Origin: Octopus vulgaris
Taxonomy: Eukaryota
DNA length: 64,000 nucleotides
Direction: 5' to 3'
Assembly (NCBI GenBank): GCA_951406725.2
Contig: OX597837.1
Location: 47,554,001 to 47,618,000, forward strand
The position numbers and the translations under genes are program-made. Shown here one piece after another: positions 54,970-64,000 of the stretch. Below the pieces are notes generated by a model, which had not been told where the DNA came from, did not search any database, and saw only the letters and a list, made by a program, of their open reading frames with translations. Every line of letters starts with the position of its first letter. Position 1 is the stretch's first letter.

Positions 54970-55239
54970 TCGTGCGTGTGTGCGTGTGTGTGTGTGTGTG
55001 TCGGAATGTGCTTGTATGTGTAAGTGTTTATGTGTATATATGTGACTGTGTCCGAGATGTTTAGGCAAAATGTCTGCCCCGTGCGCCCCTCGGTAGCAGA
55101 CAACTCCTTTTGTTCTGAGTGTCCGAGAACCCATCACCTCACCACCGTACCTTCAACCTTCTGACAACTTGACTATATAAATATACACAAGTAAATTGGT
55201 ACCATTTAAATATTTTTATCATAATTGGTTTAACTCGGA

Positions 55240-56300
55240 AAAATCAAAAACTGCAAATTTTATGCTTCTGCCAATTTATTGTGGAATGTTTGGTTCTTAG
55301 TTCAATGTGACCGCCATTTGCTTTCCTTCCCAGTTTAATCCGTTTATGAAATAAAACGCACGTCTTAACGATTTCTTCCTTTTTCATTTTACTGAACGCT
55401 CGCTCGATGGAAGCCTTCAATGAAGACACACAGTTGTGAGAAGTTGGATATTGCTTCGGCTGCGTCCCATAGCCAAAACTCACACAGATTCAAATCTGGC
55501 GAGTTAGCGGGCCAGATACCTTTAGGAACAAAGATGGCAAATTCCTTCTTCAAAAATTCTTGCACTCTTTTCGAAGAATGTACAGAGTACTGCACGAGCA
55601 TGACTCGATTTGCAAAATAATGCTTTCTAATCCAAGGCAACAAAACCTCTAAGATTTCGAGGTTCTCTGCTATGTTGATTTTATGACCCGCTTCAATAAA
55701 ATGAGGAGGCATCAATTTCCCATCACTTACAACAGCTCCAACGACCATAATGGAAGCCAGATTCTTGTTCTGCATAGCTGAAGGAACTTGAGAGGGTCGT
55801 ACGCTATCACTCGTGAGTTTTGACGGTTTGTAACTTCGTCTATCACGAATTTCTTTTCCTTCGCGAAGACTCGGATGTCTTCGTCACGATGTTTCAAATA
55901 ACTAAAAAGTTTGGGATTTCTTTCAGCTTCAATAGTTTTGGAGCGGATAATTAGGATGTTACAGTGTCTCCCCATGTATGATTTCACATGAAGGTCTTGT
56001 CTCACAGCCCTTGAAATGGTCATTTTACTGATTCCTTGATCTTGAGCCAACTTCGCTATTGATTTTGATGGGTTCGACTCAATCGATCTTTCAAGTTCTG
56101 CTAAGAAGCGAGCTGTGCGTTTTCGGTCATTAGGAAAACTGTGAAGCTTTCTCAGGATATCCTGACTTTTCTTCAAATCGGGTAACAACTCTAAAAGCAA
56201 TAGATTTGACATACTTTGTGGCTCTAACAATCTCCCCAGCACTTCTGCCGGCGCGGAATAATTCGGCAATTACACTTCTACGGTTTTTCGACCGGTGTTT
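55240..56300 (-). mobile_element. maT/DD37D-like Tc1/mariner transposase pseudogene
   Basis: N-terminal HTH, VFA.EKKFVID..NRQNSRV, SIMVVGAVVSDGKLMP, WPANSPDLN..FWLW; frameshifted. Confidence 0.8.
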
Positions 56301-56812
56301 TCGACCACAGGACTGTGGTTTTCGACTTTCGACCACAGGCCTGTTGTGTTCGACCACAGGCTTGTTGTGTTCGACCTCAGACTGTAGTGTTCGACTACAG
56401 GCCTGTTGTGTTCGACCTCAGACTGTAGTGTTCGACTACAGGTCTGTTGTGTTCGACTACAGGCCTGTTGTGTTCGACTCCAGGCCTGTTGTGTTCGACT
56501 ACAGGCCTGTTGTGTTCGACTCCAGGCCTGTTGTGTTCGACCTCAGACTGTAGTGTTCGACTACAGGCCTGTTGTGTTCGACCTCAGACTGTAGTGTTCG
56601 ACTACAGGCCTGTTGTGTTCGACCTCAGACTGTAGTGTTCGACTACAGGTCTGTTGTGTTCGACTACAGGCCTGTTGTGTTCGACTCCAGGCCTGTTGTG
56701 TTCGACTACAGGCCTGTTGTGTTCGACTCCAGGCCTGTTGTGTTCGACCTCAGACTGTAGTGTTCGACTACAGGTCTGTTGTGTTCGACTACAGGACTGT
56801 GGTGTTCGACCT
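56286..56812. repeat. 20/21-bp minisatellite (about 25 units) with higher-order structure
   Basis: Units CCTGTTGTGTTCGACTACAGG, ..CTCCAGG, ..CCTCAGA and CTGTAGTGTTCGACTACAGG; 207-bp superperiod (56406 vs 56613). Confidence 0.95.
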
Positions 56813-57592
56813 AAGGATTAGACATCAACAACAACACTAACAACATCATTAGGTTTTCGACCGTATTTTTTACAAGGGTTAATGTAAGACATTATTGTTA
56901 CATTTGGGAAGAGTCGCGATTAATAAAACCCAAAAACACATTCACAGTTCGTTGTTTGTCTACATTTCTCTTCTTTTTCCCCCTCAAAAATATTAGTTAC
57001 CACCTCAACTTGTGGTCCACCTAATGAGTGTCTATTTTATTAATCATACAACTCTCCCTAAATAAATCAATATTAGTTTCACCTCCAAATTCTTTGCAAA
57101 ACAAACTCAAAATGTCAGTCAACCTTTTTGAAATGTTTTTAAACGATTTCACTCAGTTCAGTGAGCAAACTTTTGTTGTCTTCATTCAAGTTATTGTTTA
57201 GCTGTAGAAAAAAAAGCCCTCGTCTATGGTAAAACTTATGATCATAGACAATCTAACTATGACCACCCCGGGAGTTTTTTGTGATGTGTGTGATGGATAT
57301 TTCTTCACTGAATGTTCGACTCATTCAATCAACTTCCTAAGTGGTTGAGTACTCCGCAGAGAAGTGTACTCTTAACATAATCCCCAGATCGAATCAGCAA
57401 GACACATTTTTATGTGACAAAGTCGCACCTGTTCAATTACTGCTGCAAATTCTACACAGTTTCAATCAACCTAATTTAACTTACAAGACTGAGGTCAACC
57501 TGAAGGCAGGGGAAAGACACCATATAAACACACACACACACATACATATATAAATATGTATATATATATAGAGAGAGGGGGAGGGAGAGAGG

Positions 57593-58637
57593 GCAAATAA
57601 ATAACAAGTATGTCCAGGTATCAATGCATTACGGCCGTTTCTAGCGGCTCCATTTAATCGATCAATGAAAACACTATATCAATTTGAGAGAAACCGTTCT
57701 CCTCATTGCAGACGACCATACAGATTTCCAATATAAATGATAAACCATTTTTTAGCACAATTTATATCAATCAGAGAAACCAAAATAAATACGTTGTTTC
57801 TTTTTGCTATATTTGTGACAGAATGAATTTAGGGAAATATGTATACCTAAAGCCCACAATAGTTTAGAGAGTAGCCACCTGTAATAAGGATATTTATCCT
57901 GGTTTTGATTTTAATATAAGCTATGTACTCCAACTCAGATGACAATTTGATTTACTTATAAATTCATTGTGGGATAGTTTTATCATGACCACCTTAGCCA
58001 TCTGCTTAGGAAAGGTCTTATGAACTTTCTCTTAAATATTAAAGTACCCCATTTTAATGTTTAAGTTTAATTATCAATTCTTTTCCCTTTATATTGTTAT
58101 ATAATTCCTTTCTAAATTTCTAATATATTAAATTGGCTAAGTTATGGTGCGCCTCGTAACCCTAGGTTCTAATTCCCACCCTTAGCTCTTATTTCGATCT
58201 CTTTTGCTTTCCACTTTATTTCCGTTTTATTTGACAATCTAAATATGTGCTAGCCACCCCGTCCTCCCCCCTTATAGTTATAACTTTCTTCCCCATCAGT
58301 CATTCTCTTACTAGCAGCTCTGAAACATATCCTTTTATGTAGATAAAGCAAGATATATGGTCCCAATAAAATAAGGGTCAGGGAGAGTGTGCTAAAAAAA
58401 ATGGTTTATCCTTTATATTGGTAATCTGTATGGTCGTCTGCAATGAGGAGAGCGGTTTCTCTCAAATTGATGTATTTTTCATTGATCGATTAAATGGAGC
58501 CCCTGGAAACGGCCGTAATGTATTGATAGTTGGACATCCTTGTTACTTATTTGCTTTTTATTCACCGAAGTTTGAACTGTGCAGACAATACTGAACTAGC
58601 TTGGTACCTCAATTTAAGTACCTAATTCAACTGAATC
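57593..58637. mobile_element. Inverted-repeat element with HHR-like arms and a spacer of about 630 bp; distant relative of the 13.0/37.8-kb family
   Basis: Arms 57593-57759 and 58388-58554; TGCA-ATGAGGA..GAAA-CGGCCG-TA; ends TTAAGTACCTAATTCAACTGAATC. Confidence 0.8.
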
Positions 58638-58647
58638 TTAATTATTT

Positions 58648-58680
<33 letters not shown>

Positions 58681-58863
58681 ATGTATGTATGTATGTATGT
58701 GTGTATGCATGTATGTATACGGATAGTCGAAAGGTAAGATCTACCTAGACACATTTCTTTGTTTACTTCTGATGTTGGGCCTTTTTCGCATGAAAAATGT
58801 CTTCCAACTTCCCCCTCTGCATTGTTGCTAGAAGCTTTCCTCATTTTCCCATTTCGTTTAATA

Positions 58864-59088
58864 CAGGGGTGGGCAAACTACGGCCCGCGGGCCGCATGCG
58901 GCCCGCCATAGGTTTTCATGCGGCCCGCCGAGAGGAATATTTCACAAAATTTCCTTTCAATCAATTGTGTGTTTATAGGTCTATAACCGCCTTTAAAAAT
59001 ATTCTCACTTGATTTTTATAAATGAGGCCCGCCAAGGTTCCAAAGACGCACTGTGCGGCCCGCGATCAAAAAAGTTTGCCCACCCCTG
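58864..59088. mobile_element. hAT (Charlie/Buster-like) MITE with perfect 8-bp TSD
   Basis: TIR CAGGGGTGGGCAAACT / AGTTTGCCCACCCCTG; TSD GTTTAATA at 58856-58863 and 59089-59096; GCGGCCCG subterminal repeats. Confidence 0.93.
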
Positions 59089-59119
59089 GTTTAATACATA
59101 TATATTTTTTGCTGTAGTT

Positions 59120-59403
59120 TCAGCTCGACTTTTGCTTTACATTTGTACAAGTTGGTTCCAAGTCTCACCCAGAGACCTCAAGAGACAACAAGTTGGAAGT
59201 TCATGTTTGGTGTTATGCGTAGAGTGCCGTATATTTGGTTTTGTACTTTGTGTTGTACTAGTGAATGTCTAAAAAAAACATACGAAAATTATGTTTGTTT
59301 TAAAACTTGAGATTACATAGAAAGTATTTTGCGTAGGATATGAGCAGTTCCCATAAGCACTATCTTTTGAATTTCTGCCATTTTGGGGTTTCCTGGTATC
59401 TGA

Positions 59404-59405
<2 letters not shown>
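59120..59405 (-). mobile_element. 5'-truncated Dong/R4 LINE 3' end abutting (TTA)n
   Basis: Minus strand encodes QIPGNPKMAEIQKIVLMGTAHILRKILSM*, then 3' UTR. Confidence 0.85.
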
Positions 59406-59470
<65 letters not shown>

Positions 59471-59839
59471 TCTATTATTATGTATTTGATTCCGAGTTCA
59501 AATTACGCCGAAGTCAAGCTGAAGTTCTTCTAATTCCTCTCTCAGATGAAACCGGAAGCCATTGCTTTTCATTAATTATTCTTTCCCGCCATTCCCTCCA
59601 CACAACACAGAGAACTTCTGAAATCTGTTGATGACGTCAGCTCTACTTGATGCCACTTCTTCCACCTCACCTCGCCTTCCTTCCTTCATTATAACCCTTG
59701 TCTTAATTATTCTTTTTGTTGTTGTTGCTATTGTTATTGTCGTCGCCCTTCCTTCCAGACTCCTCTAAACCAACCATTTTCTTCATTCGCCACTTGTAAC
59801 ACTTCTGATTCTTCGTACGAAACATTTACTTTGTATTCG

Positions 59840-59969
<130 letters not shown>

Positions 59970-60880
59970 TGTCTGTGGGGGGGATCACTTTTCTCCCATC
60001 GTTTGATAACCATAACCGGTGGTTTCGATTTGTTCGACTTGGCCCTTCAAGGCGTGCCCCAGCATGGCCGCAATCCAATGACTGAAACGAGTAAAATATG
60101 TAAGGTATAAACACACATGCACATACATACACACACATACACACATACATACATACATACATACAAACATACATACATACATACATACATACATACATAC
60201 ATACATACATACATACATACATACATACATACATACATACATACATACACACATACATACACACATACATACATAGAACATATCATAGAAGCCAGAATTG
60301 TTTATAAAGAGGAAAATTCAATATTTTGGTTTTTGCAACTTTATTAGTGAGTGGCAAATACTCAAAGTGAGATACTTTAATTTCAGTTTTCTAATAAAAC
60401 AGAATTACTATAGTCTTCTTGCACTGTTTTTTTTTTTTTTTTTTTAGATAATCAACACTAGATAATTGATATTAATAGAACTGGTGTACATTCTATAAAC
60501 AGATAATCGATATTTATAGAACTAGTATAGGTATACCGTCAATAGTGACGGAAAATAGATTCATCTTAAATGTAACGGGAAATGAACATTAAACAATAAA
60601 GTTTAAACGTAGAAAACTACATTTGCTTTTAAATGAAGTTATTTAAATATTGAAATGAAATTAGCATTGATCTATCGTGAATAATAAAATATTTTTTGGT
60701 TCAATAATTGCTTTCCAGTCGGAAAATTTAATTGATTGCAGAAAAATAATTGTGTAAAAATGTACCAATGGAAATAACCGCAATAAGATTTCGAATTATC
60801 TCGCTTCACATTACATGAAACCTAGAAATACACAACGGTATTTATTACAAGAGTGATTTTCAAAAGAAAGATAGATATAC

Positions 60881-61035
60881 AGGCGGGGGTATGTGGTTGA
60901 GAAGCTTGGTTTCCAACCATGTTGTTTTGGGTTCAGTTTCACTGCGCGGAGCCTTGGGTAAATGTCCTCCGCTACAACCCCGGGCTAACCAAAGCCTTGT
61001 GAGCTGATTTATAGACGAAAACTGAGAAAAGCCCG

Positions 61036-61125
<90 letters not shown>

Positions 61126-61312
61126 ATCTGTTTATGTACGTCTTTGTGTTTGTGTTTGTCCTCCATTACCATTTGATAACCAGTGTTGGTTTGTTTGCAG
61201 CCCCGTAATTTTCGCCAAAACTGACCGATAAGTATCAGGCTCAAAAATTAAGTACTACAGTCAAGGTGGTGCCCCAGCATGGCCGCTGTCGTAAGACTGA
61301 AACAAGTAAAAA
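60881..61312 (+). mobile_element. SINE family A (degraded, expanded internal (GT)n)
   Basis: GGGTTCAGTT B-box, CCTTGGG, CAAAGCCTTGTGAG, CCCCAGCATGGCCGC..GACTGAAACAAG. Confidence 0.8.
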
Positions 61313-63123
61313 GAAAAACCCCAGCTTATCGCTTTCGTGTGCATTTGTTTATCAAATCATTTGAAAACAGTCTCTGACAGAGTTTGGTGGTTCGGAAAGT
61401 GCACGAGTCACAGACAAGCAGGCCACGTGTTCACTTCAGTCGATGGAGTTGTTTAAAGTTTGTTCCTTCCTCTCTGCTTCAGTTTCTGCTTTCTGCCTCT
61501 CCCCACTCCCCCCCCCCCCACACACACACACACTTAATGCTGACAGCAAAACTTAAACGTCAACTTTGAGTCTTTGCAATCTCTTGTAAATTACAGGCGA
61601 AGTACTTCAAGACGTCCTCATTATCGTGGTCGTCGTCATCATCATCATCAGAGCTAACATCATCATCATCATCATTAAAAGAATTTCGATCAAAGGCGTT
61701 CCAGTTGTGTCCATCCTGTCCCTTTTTTTTTTTTAATACATCGTATATCAAGGACTACATTATCCAATGTTCCCTTTCTTTTTTAAGACAACCAGCATAA
61801 ATTCAAGTGACTTTTGGCTGCTATTTCTTGCAGACATTGTAGGAGCACGGAATGGCTTGCCTCATTTGTTGGTCATCATGAAGAATTGGTCAACAAAGTC
61901 ACAGCGAGACGCGGCCCACAGGTGTCACGTTAGGCTTTTTTTGTTGTTTTTGTTGTCGTAGTTGCCGTCGTGGTCGTCGTCTAGCTATAAATCATCCCTG
62001 AGTCGATCTATGACCCAAAGCAATCCAACCGTGACCGACACCTTTTTTATTGTATTTAAACAAGAACTCCATTACCCCTTTCTCTTCTAAGACGGCGAAC
62101 TAGCGGAATCGTCAGAGAGCCAGATAAAAGGATCCTTTCATTCTGGTTTCAAATCCCATTGAAGATAAGTTTGTCTTTCACTCTTCCGGAACTGATGAAT
62201 ATATCGGTTGATGAACTGGCACAAACTGCAGGGCGTCGGTAAAAGTATCGGTCGTTCTCTTCCGAACTTCAAACCTCGTTGTCCACTACTACCACCTGAG
62301 AAATCTATCGCGTGTGCTCGGGTGGCAGACTTACCCCGTTACACAATTTAATAGTACCACCCGCTCCTTGAGTACCATTTACTGACGAGTCCCTGAGATT
62401 AAGTCTCCCCTTCTCCCATTCCATCCCACCAGCTTTTCAGCCCCTTTCAAGAATCACGGTTCCTACCGTTCTCTCTTGAAAGGAAAAAAGACGATAGATG
62501 AGATTTGAAGGAGATTTGGCTGTTATTTCTCCAGGTTCCCTCACTGGGTCCTTAGGCACGCATATGTGTAGAGGTATGGGGGTGGGGGTGGGGGTAAAAA
62601 TGACAACCTAATTAGCTATTTTAATTGAGCCTATCTTATTAACAGATCTTCTGAAGTGTTCCACCGACTTCAAGAGTCCTTTCACTTCCGCTTGTCACAA
62701 ACATTCATTTCAATCTATTAGTGGTTGTTGTTGTTGTTGCAGGCGTTGCTGCTGCTGCTGCTGTTGTTGTTGTTGTTGTTGTCACTATTGTTTTGAGCTG
62801 TTGTTTAAAACTAGGGCCCAGTCGAATAGTTCTGTGCTCACACAGGTTCCAATCCTGACAATTACGTCTTTGGAGCTTTATAGAACTTCATCATCGAATG
62901 TAGAGTGCGATTTAACTGCTATTTCTGAGGAGTGGAACGACTACCAACAGACCTCCTCGTTGTCCAGTTTCGCTAACAGTTCTTTATTGTTGCTCTGTTG
63001 CTGTTGTTGTTGTTGTTGTTGTTGTTGCTGCTGCTGCTGTACCTGCTGCGACCATCGAGTGTCACTACTTAAACACTTGAGACAAATGTTTCTATTTACA
63101 GCTTCCAAGCTGACGCGAATTTC

Positions 63124-63158
<35 letters not shown>

Positions 63159-63300
63159 GTCTACGTCATTGCTGTGCTGAGGCTAATGAAGCCAGGTTCT
63201 TAGAACTTCATACTCGAGGCGTACTTCAAACATGAGTGTATTCTTACATGGAATAAATGGCAGATGTTTAAAGAGAATACATAGTTTGGTGTAGGTAGGT

Positions 63301-63597
<297 letters not shown>

Positions 63598-63827
63598 ACG
63601 TTCTGTTCAGGTTTCGGCTTTTATTATTAACCGTATTAAACTGCCTGTGTTGCGTGATCCCATAAGGTTTCGTGTGGTGACAGAAGAACGCAGATGAAAG
63701 AGGATGTCAAGAATGAGAGAATTGACATTAACTCGGTCTTCCTTTATTCCAGGTTAGACATATATAACAGATGTAACACCAAGTTCAAGCCCGTCTTCTT
63801 TTTCCTCGTTATACACGAGATAAACAA

Positions 63828-64000
63828 GGTGGCGGAGCTGGCAGAATGGTTAGCACGCCGGGCGAAATGCGTAGCCGTATTTCTTCTGCCGTTACGTTCT
63901 GAGATCAAATTCCGCCGAGGTCGACTTTGCCTTTCATCCTTTCGGGGTCGATAAATTAAGTACCAGTTACGCACTGGGGTCGATGTAATCGACTTAATAC
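63828..64000 (+). mobile_element. SINE family B, well preserved, runs to the window end
   Basis: A-box TGGCAGAATGG, B-box-like GAGATCAAATTCC, family core. Confidence 0.88.

Noticed and set aside
56286-56812. CRISPR array
   Set aside because: Units are contiguous with no unique spacers, no cas genes are present, and the context is eukaryotic.

Overview
AT-rich, microsatellite-saturated eukaryotic DNA. The SINE and LINE families suggest a coleoid cephalopod, most likely Octopus (inference). No complete host gene is recognisable, and most ORFs in the track are translated simple repeats. Recognisable content is transposon debris: Dong/R4-type RLE LINEs in (TAA)n, a young RTE LINE with a 10-bp TSD, an L1/Tx1 fragment, a Penelope-like RT relic, Helitrons, mariner/maT/Tigger/hAT elements, tRNA-derived SINEs and three minisatellites. 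There is one candidate signal-peptide exon at 48809-48947. The main signal is six non-coding inverted-repeat insertions (10.2, 13.0, 18.8, 37.8, 39.8, 57.6 kb) at (TA)n tracts. Each carries type I hammerhead ribozyme (HHR) motifs, always head-to-head with RNA 3' ends pointing outwards. Two of them (18.8 and 39.8 kb) are circularly permuted and imply circular or multimeric RNA monomers of about 491 and 563 nt. This points to a retrozyme-like circular-RNA retroposition system, probably driven by Penelope-like elements. All alignments and folds were done by eye.
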